This document shows positions 1 to 9,202 of a stretch of DNA of 64,000 nucleotides, one piece after another (the first letter of the stretch is position 1; the number at the start of each line of letters is the position of its first letter). The notes below the pieces were generated by a model that was given only the letters and a program-made list of their open reading frames with translations, did no database searches and was not told where the DNA came from. The DNA is taken from the NCBI GenBank assembly GCA_965203175.1, contig OZ241867.1, positions 4,480,001-4,544,000 of the forward strand. The letters run 5' to 3'. The DNA is from Candidatus Latescibacterota bacterium. Its GTDB lineage: Bacteria; Latescibacterota; UBA2968; UBA8231. The position numbers and the translations under genes were made by a program.

Positions 1-1
1 A

Positions 2-112
2 GCGACAGACTTGCCGACTTATATCGATAGCGAAGACCCGCTCTCGGCTGTAGTGCGAGGCAATGCCCGCATCCTTGAAGAGTTTGATCACTACCGCCAG
101 GTTCTGCTCTAG
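2..112 (+). CDS. mreB: rod shape-determining protein MreB, C-terminal fragment (runs off window)
   Basis: Frame reads ATDLPTYIDSEDPLSAVVRGNARILEEFDHYRQVLL*, matching the MreB C-terminal EDPLxxVxxG pattern; directly upstream of mreC. Confidence 0.85.
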   Translation, partial: ATDLPTYIDSEDPLSAVVRGNARILEEFDHYRQVLL

Positions 113-118
113 TCGACT

Positions 119-895
119 ATGACCAATACTCGGGAGCTCATCGTCATTGGACTAGCTGTTGTCTGCGCCCTGACTTTGATGAGCTTACCTCCGTCCTATA
201 AGACCTCTATCGCCGAGCGGTGCCAAGTCGGTTTATTGGTATCAGGTCAAGCCCTGTTTTCAGGAGTCACCCGCTATGCCCGCGACGAGGAAAAGAGCCG
301 TTTTCTCCTGACCCAGAACGCAGCCCTAGCTCTCGACAACATGCAAATGAAGGAAGCTGCATGGGAAAATGTGCGTTTGCGCAAGGCCCTGTCCTTTCGG
401 CCTATAGATGAAAACACGAGTGTTATTTCTGCCGAAGTAATCGGCCGAGACCCCGACCACATTTACGACACGATCATCATCAATGCCGGCCGCGAACACG
501 GCGTAGATAAGGATATGCCCGTGGTGACGCCCGAAGGACTCGTCGGGCACATTGCTCAAGTCGGAGGGGCCGATTCGGTCGTGCAGTTGTTGATGCGCAC
601 GAGGATTAGTGCTTTGATTCAAGCGACTCGCGCCCAAGGCATTGTCTCGTGGATCGATGGTCATCGGTTCCGGTTGCGATTCGTCGAAGCGAGCAACTTG
701 GTGCGGGAGGGGGATATAGTCGTGTCGTCGGGGTTAGGCGGGCGCTACCCCAAGGGCATACCGATTGGCACGGTGGTGGAGGTGGATCAGGAGAAACGGG
801 CTCCGGTTTTTCTGCGAGTCATCCTCAAGTCGATCGTGGATTTCTCTACACTCGAAGAGGTTTTCGTTCTCGGCAGAGACACTGGCCCAGGCTGA
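119..895 (+). CDS. mreC: rod shape-determining protein MreC
   Basis: N-terminal TM, coiled coil ENVRLRKAL, GLVG, SGLGGRYPKGIPIG, LEEVFV. Confidence 0.93.
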   Translation: MTNTRELIVIGLAVVCALTLMSLPPSYKTSIAERCQVGLLVSGQALFSGVTRYARDEEKSRFLLTQNAALALDNMQMKEAAWENVRLRKALSFRPIDENTSVISAEVIGRDPDHIYDTIIINAGREHGVDKDMPVVTPEGLVGHIAQVGGADSVVQLLMRTRISALIQATRAQGIVSWIDGHRFRLRFVEASNLVREGDIVVSSGLGGRYPKGIPIGTVVEVDQEKRAPVFLRVILKSIVDFSTLEEVFVLGRDTGPG

Positions 896-911
896 GAGGG
901 TACGGCTCATC

Positions 912-940
912 TTGACAGAGCATGAGCTGTGCCATATCCT
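912..940 (+). promoter_or_regulatory. sigma70-type promoter for hup-bS22-tRNA cluster
   Basis: TTGACA-17 nt-TATCCT. Confidence 0.65.
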
Positions 941-1001
941 TAACTATTTGTTGGCGTGATAATTAACGCGATTTCAACCCACCCGAATAGAGAGTACAGT
1001 C

Positions 1002-1343
1002 TTGACGAAAGCTGACATCGTGCGTCTAATCGCCGAGGGGACAGGGCTTACCAAGACGGATACTGCGGCTGTCGTTGATGGCTTTATCGAATCCGTAATT
1101 GAGGCTTTAGAACGAGAAGATCACATTGAGATTCGCGGTTTTGGCACCTTCAAAGTCGTCGAGCGGGCACCGCGTACGGGTCGCAATCCACGCACGGGTG
1201 CCGAAGTAAAAATCGCCGGTCGTAAGGCCCCGACATTTAAGCCTTCAAAGGAATTGCGGGCGCGTGTCAATGAGGAAAACGTAGAGGACAAAGGTCCAGG
1301 AGATAAGAAAGATGCCCTGTGGCAGGAAGAGAAAGCGGCATAA
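1002..1343 (+). CDS. hup: HU/IHF family DNA-binding protein (copy 1)
   Basis: MTKADIV, IRGFGTF, RTGRNPRTG, PTFKPSKEL; TTG start. Confidence 0.93.
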   Translation: MTKADIVRLIAEGTGLTKTDTAAVVDGFIESVIEALEREDHIEIRGFGTFKVVERAPRTGRNPRTGAEVKIAGRKAPTFKPSKELRARVNEENVEDKGPGDKKDALWQEEKAA

Positions 1344-1407
1344 GATCGCTACGCACAAGCGCAAGAAGAGACTGCGCAAGAATCGGCACAAGAAGAAGAA
1401 CATCTAG
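1312..1407 (+). CDS. 30S ribosomal protein bS22 (AURKAIP1/COX24-like), 31 aa; not in ORF track
   Basis: MPCGRKRKRHKIATHKRKKRLRKNRHKKKNI*, AGGAG at 1298-1302; overlaps last 32 nt of hup. Confidence 0.85.
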   Translation: MPCGRKRKRHKIATHKRKKRLRKNRHKKKNI

Positions 1408-1413
1408 GCTAAG

Positions 1414-1490
1414 GGGCTAATAGCTCAGCTGGATAGAGCGCCGGTCTCCGGAACCGGAGGTCCCAGGTTCGAATCCTGGTTAGCTCACCA
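1414..1490 (+). tRNA. tRNA-Arg(CCG)
   Basis: Acceptor GGGCTAA/TTAGCTC, anticodon arm CCGGT-CTCCGGA-ACCGG, GGTTCGAATCC, encoded CCA. Confidence 0.96.
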
Positions 1491-1523
1491 TTTTGTCGCC
1501 ACAGTATGGTCGGATAATTAAGT

Positions 1524-1601
1524 CGGGGTGTGGCGCAGCCCGGCTAGCGCGCTTCCTTGGGGTGGAAGAGGTCGCTGGTTCAAATCCAGTCACCCCGACC
1601 A
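1524..1601 (+). tRNA. tRNA-Pro(GGG)
   Basis: CGGGGTG/CACCCCG, anticodon arm CTTCC-TTGGGGT-GGAAG, GGTTCAAATCC, CCA. Confidence 0.96.
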
Positions 1602-1642
1602 TTTTTTAGTAGTGTAGAATCATTGCTTTTGCTCGTCCATGT

Positions 1643-1720
1643 CGGGGTGTAGCGCAGCCCGGCTAGCGCACCTGCTTCGGGAGCAGGGGGTCGCCGGTTC
1701 AAATCCGGCCACCCCGACCA
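1643..1720 (+). tRNA. tRNA-Pro(CGG)
   Basis: CGGGGTG/CACCCCG, anticodon arm CCTGC-TTCGGGA-GCAGG, GGTTCAAATCC, CCA. Confidence 0.96.
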
Positions 1721-1722
1721 CG

Positions 1723-1768
1723 AATTAAGTCCCTGTGAGATATTGACTTACAGGGACTTAATTTATTT
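1723..1768 (+). terminator. hairpin/intrinsic terminator after tRNA cluster
   Basis: AATTAAGTCCCTGTGAG / CTTACAGGGACTTAATT 17-bp stem (one G-U) followed by TATTT. Confidence 0.7.
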
Positions 1769-1780
1769 GCGATACGAGGT

Positions 1781-2872
1781 ATGGCTCTCTCTATCGGCAT
1801 AATCGGCTTGCCCAATGTTGGCAAATCAACCCTCTTTAACGCGCTAACGGGAGATGGGGTCGAGGTTTCTAATTACCCATTTTGCACCGTGGGTCCCAAT
1901 GTGGGTACAGTCGAGATCCCGGATCAGCGCTTGGAGCGTCTGAGCGAGGTCATTCAGCCGGAATCCACAACGCCTACAAGCGTTCACTTCGTCGATATTG
2001 CCGGTTTGGTGCGGGGTGCCAACCAAGGTGCTGGGTTGGGCAATCAGTTTCTCGCCCACATCAGAGATGTCGATGCCCTAGTCCACGTGGTGCGCTGCTT
2101 CGATGACGCGCAGATAAGCCATGTAGATGGGGAGATCGATCCCTTGCGCGATATCGAGACCATTGAAACGGAGTTGCTGCTGGCCGATTTGGCAGTGATG
2201 GAAAAGGCCGTGCCCCATCTAGACAAAGTGGTCCGCTCCGAGCCGCGCAGCACGCGAGCGCAAGAGTTGGTGGCCTGCACCAAGGTCTTAGAGGGATTGC
2301 AGCGCGGAACAGGTACAGCAGCGGTGGGGCTGACGATCGAAGAAAGGGATGCGCTCGCTCCGTATAGCTTGCTGACGGCAAGACCGGTGCTTTATGCGGC
2401 TAATATTGGGGAAATAGAAGCCGATGCGCCGGAACCATGGGTGGACCAGTTGGTCGAGTGCTATGGAGCGGATCGAGTGCTGGTCGTCTCGGCGCAGCTC
2501 GAGGCGGAAATGGCCGGTCTGAGCCAAGAGGAACGAGCGGAGTTCATCCGAGAATTAGGGCTGGAGCACGGGGGAATAGAGCGCTTAGTCCAAGCCGGAT
2601 ACAAGCTGTTGGATCTGATTACCTTCTATACGCTCGCCAACGGCAAGCTGCAGGCGTGGCAGTTGCCGCGCGGAGAAAAGGCACCGCGAGCGGCCGGGCG
2701 GATTCACACAGACATGGAAAAGGGATTTATCCGCGCTGAACTAGCCGCCTGCGATCAGCTAATCGCCATGGGTGGGTGGGCACCGTTGAAAGCGGCTGGG
2801 CAATTGCGGAGCGAAGGCCGGGATTACGTCGTCGCCGATGGGGACGTAATCACTTTCCTTTTTAAGGCTTGA
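1781..2872 (+). CDS. ychF: redox-regulated ATPase YchF
   Basis: [47 protein letters not shown] domain. Confidence 0.96.
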   Translation: MALSIGIIGLPNVGKSTLFNALTGDGVEVSNYPFCTVGPNVGTVEIPDQRLERLSEVIQPESTTPTSVHFVDIAGLVRGANQGAGLGNQFLAHIRDVDALVHVVRCFDDAQISHVDGEIDPLRDIETIETELLLADLAVMEKAVPHLDKVVRSEPRSTRAQELVACTKVLEGLQRGTGTAAVGLTIEERDALAPYSLLTARPVLYAANIGEIEADAPEPWVDQLVECYGADRVLVVSAQLEAEMAGLSQEERAEFIRELGLEHGGIERLVQAGYKLLDLITFYTLANGKLQAWQLPRGEKAPRAAGRIHTDMEKGFIRAELAACDQLIAMGGWAPLKAAGQLRSEGRDYVVADGDVITFLFKA

Positions 2873-3049
2873 GGCTCAGAAGCAAGCGCGGACGCTAGGT
2901 TTAGCACAGTAGCAGCTTCCGCTTGTTTCAGGCTCAATAAACGCAATATCGCAATTTCTCTACAGCAGGTGAGAATCGCGGTTAAAAACGGCCAAATGCA
3001 AGGGGACATCAAGTACATAAAGCAGTATAAAAACAAGGAATAGAGTAGC

Positions 3050-3078
3050 TTGACGGAAGGTGTCAGGTCGCCTATCTT
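3050..3078 (+). promoter_or_regulatory. sigma70-type promoter upstream of BMC gene
   Basis: TTGACG-17 nt-TATCTT. Confidence 0.55.
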
Positions 3079-3108
3079 CTGCCGTCTAAAAAAAAGCGAA
3101 ACAGACCA

Positions 3109-3396
3109 ATGGGACGCGCCTTGGGCATGATTGAAACCCGTGGCTGGGTGGCTGTGGTCGAAGCGGCAGATGCGATGGTCAAAGCCGCTGAGGTCGAGGT
3201 GGCCGGCTGGCAGGAAGTAGGCGGCGGCTTGGTCTCGGTCATCGTCCGCGGAGACGTGGCCGCTGTGCGCGCCGCTACTGAGGCCGGCGTCGTGGCTGTG
3301 GTGGGTGAAGTAGTCGCGTTCAGCATCATTCCCCAGCCACATGAGAGCACGGAAGCTGTATTGACCCTAATCCACTCTCCGGCAACAGTATGGTAA
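3109..3396 (+). CDS. bacterial microcompartment hexameric shell protein (BMC-H, EutM/PduA-like)
   Basis: ALGMIETRG, EAADAMVKAA, GGGLVSVIVRGDVAAVRAA, IPQPH. Confidence 0.92.
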   Translation: MGRALGMIETRGWVAVVEAADAMVKAAEVEVAGWQEVGGGLVSVIVRGDVAAVRAATEAGVVAVVGEVVAFSIIPQPHESTEAVLTLIHSPATVW

Positions 3397-4220
3397 TCTG
3401 GGCAAAAATCATTTTGGCCATGGCCTTGCTCGGCTGTGCTGTATGGTATCTTGAACCGGCTGAGTTGCTTGTGGCCGCTGGGCAGGTTGGTAGGGACAAA
3501 GTGCTCATCTGCGGGGCGATTGCCCTAGTGGGCATCGGCGTGCAATGGATAAAATGGCAGCTATTATTGCGCAACCAAATTCCCGAGGTCAATGGGCGCG
3601 ATGCGCTCTATTCGCTGCTGGGTGGCGCAGCCCTCGGTTTGGTGACACCTAGCCGTCTAGGTGAACTAGGACGCGGTGTTTTCTTAGGGCGGAGTCGGGC
3701 CAAGGCCGCATTGCTGACGGCTGTGGATAAGTTGAGTTCGGCTGCGGTCACGTTGGGATTGGGGGCCGCAGCCGCATGGATTTTATGGCCCCATCTCAGG
3801 GGCTTTTTGCTGTTGCTAGTCTGCGTTCTCAGCGTGCTGTTGTATTGGGGCTGGTGCCGTCAGAAGGCGAGCGGGCCGGTTGCATGGGGGACCATTGTCG
3901 GGTTATCCGTCTTGTTCAACGTGGTATTCATGGCGCAATTTTTCTATTTGGTCTCCGCCAGTGTGCCTGCCGACTCAGCCGTCGTATTGGCGGTGCCGGT
4001 GGTATTTGCCCTGAAAACTCTGTTGCCCTTGGGATTTTTGGATCTAGGGGTCCGCGAGGCGGCCGCCATCTTGGTATTTAGCAGCCTCGGCCTAGAGCCG
4101 CAACCCGCTTTTGTGGCTAGTATCCTGATTTTTGTCTGCAATGTGTGCTTGCCGGCTGGCTTGGGCTGGCTGTGGATTGGTAGCCGCCGACTGCGGACGA
4201 TGGGGAAGGTCGCCTCATGA
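3390..4220 (+). CDS. lysylphosphatidylglycerol-synthase TM / flippase-like membrane protein
   Basis: Multiple TM helices, KWQLLL, TPSRLGELGR, LGVREAA. Confidence 0.8.
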   Translation: MVIWAKIILAMALLGCAVWYLEPAELLVAAGQVGRDKVLICGAIALVGIGVQWIKWQLLLRNQIPEVNGRDALYSLLGGAALGLVTPSRLGELGRGVFLGRSRAKAALLTAVDKLSSAAVTLGLGAAAAWILWPHLRGFLLLLVCVLSVLLYWGWCRQKASGPVAWGTIVGLSVLFNVVFMAQFFYLVSASVPADSAVVLAVPVVFALKTLLPLGFLDLGVREAAAILVFSSLGLEPQPAFVASILIFVCNVCLPAGLGWLWIGSRRLRTMGKVAS

Positions 4221-4939
4221 ATTCGGCGTATGCAATAAAAAAAGAAATATGTGAGGTAGGGCACAGGGTCTATCAGCGAGGGTACGTAGCGGCCAATGAC
4301 GGCAATATCAGCGTCCGCGTAGAAGACGACCTAGTGCTGTGTACGCCGACTGGAGTGAGCAAGGGTTTTCTGAGCGCAGACATGCTGGCCACCTGCGATA
4401 TGGAGGGCCAGCAAGTATCGGGGGCAATGAAAATATCGTCGGAAATCCGCATGCACCTCGAAATCTACAAGTTGCGGCCCGATGTCCGCGCAGTTGTCCA
4501 TGCACATCCTCCGACAGCGACCGGTTTTGCCGTCGCTGGCATTGAGCTGACTCAGTGCGTCTTGCCCGAGGTCATCGTCAGCCTTGGGGGTATTCCACTC
4601 GCGGATTACGGCACGCCTGGAGGCCCCGATATCGTCGAGCCGATGAAGCCGCTTTTGCGGCAATACGATGCCGTTTTGATGGCCAATCACGGAGTGGTAA
4701 CCGTGGGCCAGCACGTCATGGATGCCCATTTCAAGATGGAGACTGTCGAACACTTTGCCCAGATAGCCTTGGTCGCACATCAGCTCGGCGGGATACGCAC
4801 GCTTGGGGGCAAAGATGTGGAAGATCTCACGAACCTAAGAAAGCGCTTTGGAATTGGGGATCGACCGTCCTGTGAGATAGCTGGAGAAAGCGATCTAGTC
4901 GAGCGGATTACCAAGGAAGTTATGCGCCAACTGCGCTAG
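4217..4939 (+). CDS. class II aldolase/adducin family protein with C-terminal encapsulation-like peptide
   Basis: ANDGNISVR, TPTGVSKG, SSEIRMH, VHAHPP, MANHG; tail ESDLVERITKEVMRQLR. Confidence 0.9.
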   Translation: MNSAYAIKKEICEVGHRVYQRGYVAANDGNISVRVEDDLVLCTPTGVSKGFLSADMLATCDMEGQQVSGAMKISSEIRMHLEIYKLRPDVRAVVHAHPPTATGFAVAGIELTQCVLPEVIVSLGGIPLADYGTPGGPDIVEPMKPLLRQYDAVLMANHGVVTVGQHVMDAHFKMETVEHFAQIALVAHQLGGIRTLGGKDVEDLTNLRKRFGIGDRPSCEIAGESDLVERITKEVMRQLR

Positions 4940-4962
4940 CTTAGTTGGCGATATGAGGAAGT

Positions 4963-5961
4963 ATGAGGTTTATAGGACTGATCGTCGCTGCAATGGGGAT
5001 AGCAACTCCGGTGAGCAGCCAAGAGATCGTCGAGGCGGTCCAGCGCGGAGACTCCCTGCTGGCGCAGGGACAGCCTAAACAGGCGTTAGCTGAATACGAA
5101 AAGGCGCGCGAACTAGGTGCTGGCAGCGCGATGTTTCTCAATCGCTTGGCCAGCCTCTACATGCAGACCGGCGGCTATAGCCAGGCAGCCGAATCGCTAC
5201 AACAATCGCTCTCTGAAGACCCTAGGCAGCTTCCGGTATATTCGGCGTTGGGGGAGGCCTTTTTGGCCATGGGCCAGCTAGACTCGTCTATTTTTTACGT
5301 CGAACAAGCGAGTATTCTGGCTCCTTCCTCAACTAAAGTCCACAGTACCCTCGGTTATCTCTACATGCAGGACGGTCAGAGCGAGAGGGCGCGCGAGCGC
5401 CTCGACCGGGCCTTGTCACTGGACAAAAAAAACCTGGAAGCCTATCGCCTATATGGGTATTACTACGCACAACAGGACTCGGTAGATCGAGCCATTGAAT
5501 ACTATCAAAAGTTGGCGGAGTTATCGCCGGACAATGTCGAAGCCTACAACAATATCGCGTTCCTTCTCGCTGGGGCTGGGCGCTATACCGAAGCTCTTGA
5601 GTATTACAAGTTGGCTAAAGATCGGGCGCAGGATCCCTACCTAGCCCAAGCAATCACGGCCAAAATCGAAGAGGTCCAGGCGTTGCTGGCCGGTGAGATG
5701 CGGGCGCGCTACATATTGGTTGAAACGGAAGCGTCTGCGCTCGAAGTCCTCGAAAAAATAGCTCAAGGAGCCGATTTCTCCCAGCTTGCACAGCAGCATT
5801 CCATCGCTCCCAACGCCAGTCAAGGCGGGGATTTGGGTTTTTTTGGGCCGGGTGAACTCATGCCCGAAATCGAGGAGATCGTAGTGCAACTGAAGATTGG
5901 GGAACTGAGTCAGGTCGTGGAATTACCCATGGGCTATATCGTCGTGCAGAGATTAAACTAA
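4963..5961 (+). CDS. exported TPR-repeat protein with C-terminal parvulin (PpiC) PPIase domain
   Basis: Signal peptide, TPR repeats, FSQLAQQHS, GGDLGFF, ELSQVVELPMGY. Confidence 0.85.
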   Translation: MRFIGLIVAAMGIATPVSSQEIVEAVQRGDSLLAQGQPKQALAEYEKARELGAGSAMFLNRLASLYMQTGGYSQAAESLQQSLSEDPRQLPVYSALGEAFLAMGQLDSSIFYVEQASILAPSSTKVHSTLGYLYMQDGQSERARERLDRALSLDKKNLEAYRLYGYYYAQQDSVDRAIEYYQKLAELSPDNVEAYNNIAFLLAGAGRYTEALEYYKLAKDRAQDPYLAQAITAKIEEVQALLAGEMRARYILVETEASALEVLEKIAQGADFSQLAQQHSIAPNASQGGDLGFFGPGELMPEIEEIVVQLKIGELSQVVELPMGYIVVQRLN

Positions 5962-5965
5962 AAAT

Positions 5966-6071
5966 GAAAAAGGTAGCGGCCAAGACATCTTTCGATGCCT
6001 TGGCCGCCAGGGAGGGATACGAACCATGACCGGAATGGCTCGCATAGGTTAAACGCCCTGAAAAGAGAAAG
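5966..6071 (-). ncRNA. candidate small RNA with C/U-rich anti-SD motif and intrinsic terminator
   Basis: Minus-strand TTGAAC-18-TAACGT (6106-6077), TCCCTCCCT (6017-6009), GCGGCCAAG/CTTGGCCGC hairpin then TTTTT (5971-5967). Confidence 0.45.
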
Positions 6072-6126
6072 GTTCCACGTTAGCAATACTTTTTTCGAAT
6101 GTTCAATATCTCCAGAGGCAACAAGG

Positions 6127-6597
6127 ATGAACGCGGATGACCTGCGCGATGTAGCCGAGCGGCTCGAAGCCTTGGAGTCGCTGGCCAAGCTGTTCAGAAA
6201 TTCATGGCTCGAACACGCCAAGACCCAGATACAGGACGAGAAAATCAGAGCCTATCTGACGGTTTTTGACGACGCCTTTCCAGGGATGGATCACGTCGTC
6301 GAATTCGTGCGCCAAAATGCTCAAGCACTTGCTGCAGGCGAGGATGTCCAAGAAAATTTTGCTGGTTTGGCGCAGGCGCTTCTACAGCGGGAGAGCAAAG
6401 GCTCAGATTCTCTTTCAGTAGAGAACGACGTGGAAGTTATGGCAGAAACCCCTGCTCCCGAGGAACAGGACGACACCAGCGCCGCCGATGAGAACGTCGA
6501 GGACGTGGCCGATGCCGAGCAGGAGGACGAAACAAAACCGACGAGTGATGAAGAAGAGTCGAAAAACGAGGACCAAATAGATGCCCTTTTTGGCTGA
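6127..6597 (+). CDS. hypothetical helical protein with acidic linker and DQIDALFG tail
   Basis: ATG at 6127 preferred over 5995, which would run through the hairpin region; no family recognised. Confidence 0.7.
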   Translation: MNADDLRDVAERLEALESLAKLFRNSWLEHAKTQIQDEKIRAYLTVFDDAFPGMDHVVEFVRQNAQALAAGEDVQENFAGLAQALLQRESKGSDSLSVENDVEVMAETPAPEEQDDTSAADENVEDVADAEQEDETKPTSDEEESKNEDQIDALFG

Positions 6598-6632
6598 ACA
6601 AGCCCTGATTTATCCCAACAGAATGAGCTGGC

Positions 6633-7997
6633 ATGCCCTATTCCTATAATGCCTGGTTCCAGTGCATCAATTGCGACGACGAGCGCTATCCGCTAAACGA
6701 AATAGTCTACCACTGTCAAAAGTGTGAGGGGTTGCTCGAAGTTCGCCACGATATGAAACCCCTACAGCGGCGCTCGGGCGGCGAGTGGCGGACGCTCTTT
6801 GATCAGCGCTACATGAGTTCAGTGCATCCGTATGGGAGTTCGGTTTGGGGCAAGAAAGAGATGGTATGTCCCCTCGTCGAGGACGAAAACGTGGTCTCCA
6901 TGTACGAGGGGGGGAGCAATCTGCTCTGGGCCGAGCGCTTGGGAGCCGAACTGGGCATGGAGGATCTGTGGATAAAGCAGTGCGGCAATAGCCACACGGG
7001 TTCGTTTAAGGACCTAGGCATGACCGTGTTGGTTTCCATGGTCAAGCAGATGATTGCCGAGGGGCAGTCCATACCCGCGGTAGCTTGCGCTTCAACTGGG
7101 GACACCTCGGCGGCGTTGGCCGCGTATTGCGCGGCCGCCGGCATTCCGGCGATCGTCTTATTGCCCAAAGACATGATTTCTACTTCCCAGCTCATCCAGC
7201 CCATAGCCAATGGCGCCTTGACGCTGGCCTTGCGCACCGATTTCGACGGGTGCATGGCCTTGGTGCAGGAAATCTGCCGCCGCGACCAAATCTATCTGGC
7301 TAACTCAATGAATTCGCTCCGCATTGAGGGGCAGAAGACCATCGCGATTGAGCTGTTACAGCAATTTCACTGGGAGGTCCCCGACTGGGTCATTATCCCG
7401 GGCGGCAACCTAGGCAATGTTAGTGCCTTGGGGAAGGGGTTTATCGAAGGCAAGGAAATGGGGCTTATAGACAAGCTGCCGCGCATTGCCGTCGCCCAAG
7501 CAGCCCAGGCCAATCCGCTCTATCTCAGTTATTTAGACGGATTCCGCACCTTTGAGCCGCAAACGGCCCGCGATACCTTGGCCAGCGCCATTAAGATCGG
7601 CAACCCCGTAAGCAGGGAGCGGGCCATGCGCACCTTGCAGCGCTTCGACGGCATCGTCGAAGAGGCCACGGAAGACGAATTGGCCAACGCCTGTGCAAGG
7701 GCCGACCGCAATGGGCTGTTCACCTGTCCTCACACAGGCGTCGCCTTAGCAGCGCTAGAGAAAATGATTGCAGCCGGGCACGTCGAGCCACAGAATCGGG
7801 TGATCGTAATATCTACGGCACACGGGCTAAAGTTCCCAGATTTCAAAGTGAAGTACCACGAAGACCAATTGCGGGAGTTCCACGTCGAGCCACAGCATCG
7901 CAATATGCCCGTTGAGGTCGAAGCTGAATACGAAGCCGTGCATCGGGCTGTCCTCGAAGCTGTAGAGCAGCGGTCGCTGGCCACTGCCCGCCACTGA
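6633..7997 (+). CDS. thrC: threonine synthase (plant-like subfamily)
   Basis: [11 protein letters not shown] (PLP Lys), [38 protein letters not shown]. Confidence 0.95.
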   Translation: MPYSYNAWFQCINCDDERYPLNEIVYHCQKCEGLLEVRHDMKPLQRRSGGEWRTLFDQRYMSSVHPYGSSVWGKKEMVCPLVEDENVVSMYEGGSNLLWAERLGAELGMEDLWIKQCGNSHTGSFKDLGMTVLVSMVKQMIAEGQSIPAVACASTGDTSAALAAYCAAAGIPAIVLLPKDMISTSQLIQPIANGALTLALRTDFDGCMALVQEICRRDQIYLANSMNSLRIEGQKTIAIELLQQFHWEVPDWVIIPGGNLGNVSALGKGFIEGKEMGLIDKLPRIAVAQAAQANPLYLSYLDGFRTFEPQTARDTLASAIKIGNPVSRERAMRTLQRFDGIVEEATEDELANACARADRNGLFTCPHTGVALAALEKMIAAGHVEPQNRVIVISTAHGLKFPDFKVKYHEDQLREFHVEPQHRNMPVEVEAEYEAVHRAVLEAVEQRSLATARH

Positions 7998-8010
7998 AAG
8001 AGCCAATACA

Positions 8011-9198
8011 ATGAATCGCACTGACGATGGTTTTGCAGGAGAATCGACCCGCTCCGTTCACGGGGGAGTGGAACGAGATAAATTTGCCCAATCCCTCATC
8101 GACCCCATTGCCCAGACCGCCACTTATACTTTTGCCGATTTAGATGAATTTGTCGCCTTTAAGGCCGGCGAAAAATCACTCTACGAATACGGGCGCTATG
8201 GCAATCCAACCCAGCGGGCAGCCGAGTGCAGAATAGCCGCCTTGGAAAATGCCGAAGCCGCCTTGCTCTTTTCGTCGGGGATGAGCGCCGTTACCTCGGT
8301 GCTCTATGCGATGCTGCGCAGTGGGCAACACTTGGTGCTCATGGAAGATTGTTATCGCATGACGGCCAAATTCTGCGAGGTCTTGGCCAAATTCGGCATT
8401 GAATCCACCATAGTTAAGCCCGGCGATATGGATGCATTGGCGGCTGCGGTGCGACCGGAGACCCGTTTAATCTTTACCGAGTCCCCGACCAATCCCCATT
8501 TGCACGTCCTCGACTTGGAGCAGCTCGTCGTTTTTGCCAAACAGCGGCGTCTCAAGGTTATCATCGACAGCACCTTAGCCACGCCGGTCAATCAGCGGCC
8601 GCTCGATTTCGGGGTTGATCTGGTCATCCACAGTGCCACCAAATACCTCGGCGGACACAACGATTTGATGGCGGGTGCCGTCTGCGGCAAGGCTCCTTTA
8701 GTCGAGGCCATTGGCGAATACCAACGAATCACCGGTGGAATCGTTGACCCCAATACCTCGTATTTATTGATCCGAGGGTTGAAGACGCTCGCATTACGCG
8801 TTCTGCGGCAAAACGATACAGCCCTGACAGTAGCCCGGTTTCTAGAAGCTCATCCCAAGGTTCGCCAGGTCTTTTACCCGGGCCTCGAAAGCCACGTCGA
8901 TCACCGCGTCGCCAAAGAGCAAATGCGCGGTTTTGGCGGGTTGATCAGCTTTGAGATCGACGGCACCCCCGAGCAGACGCGGAATTTCGTCCATCGTCTA
9001 GCCGTGCCCTATATCGCACCGAGTTTGGGAGGGGTGGAGACGCTAGTCTCGCATCCGGCGACTGTTTCCTATTACGATTTGAGTGAGAAGGAGCGGCTGA
9101 CCATCGGCATCACCGACCAGTTGGTGCGCTATGCAGTGGGCATTGAGGACGCCGATGAGCTAATCGGCGATATAGAGAGGGCGCTTGAGGAGGTCTAA
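8011..9198 (+). CDS. metB: cystathionine gamma-synthase (plant-like, Cys/Met PLP family)
   Basis: EYGRYGNPT, SSGM, DCYR, TESPTNP, HSATKYLGGHND, PYIAPSLGG. Confidence 0.85.
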   Translation: MNRTDDGFAGESTRSVHGGVERDKFAQSLIDPIAQTATYTFADLDEFVAFKAGEKSLYEYGRYGNPTQRAAECRIAALENAEAALLFSSGMSAVTSVLYAMLRSGQHLVLMEDCYRMTAKFCEVLAKFGIESTIVKPGDMDALAAAVRPETRLIFTESPTNPHLHVLDLEQLVVFAKQRRLKVIIDSTLATPVNQRPLDFGVDLVIHSATKYLGGHNDLMAGAVCGKAPLVEAIGEYQRITGGIVDPNTSYLLIRGLKTLALRVLRQNDTALTVARFLEAHPKVRQVFYPGLESHVDHRVAKEQMRGFGGLISFEIDGTPEQTRNFVHRLAVPYIAPSLGGVETLVSHPATVSYYDLSEKERLTIGITDQLVRYAVGIEDADELIGDIERALEEV

Positions 9199-9202
9199 GG
9201 GG

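Noticed and set aside
1414-1770. tRNA cluster as integration site of a prophage or island
   Set aside because: No duplicated tRNA 3' end or adjacent integrase seen; ychF follows directly
3010-3037. AAGTACATAA...ATAAAAAC as a dif-like site
   Set aside because: Only one arm is similar; the other arm fails in both orientations
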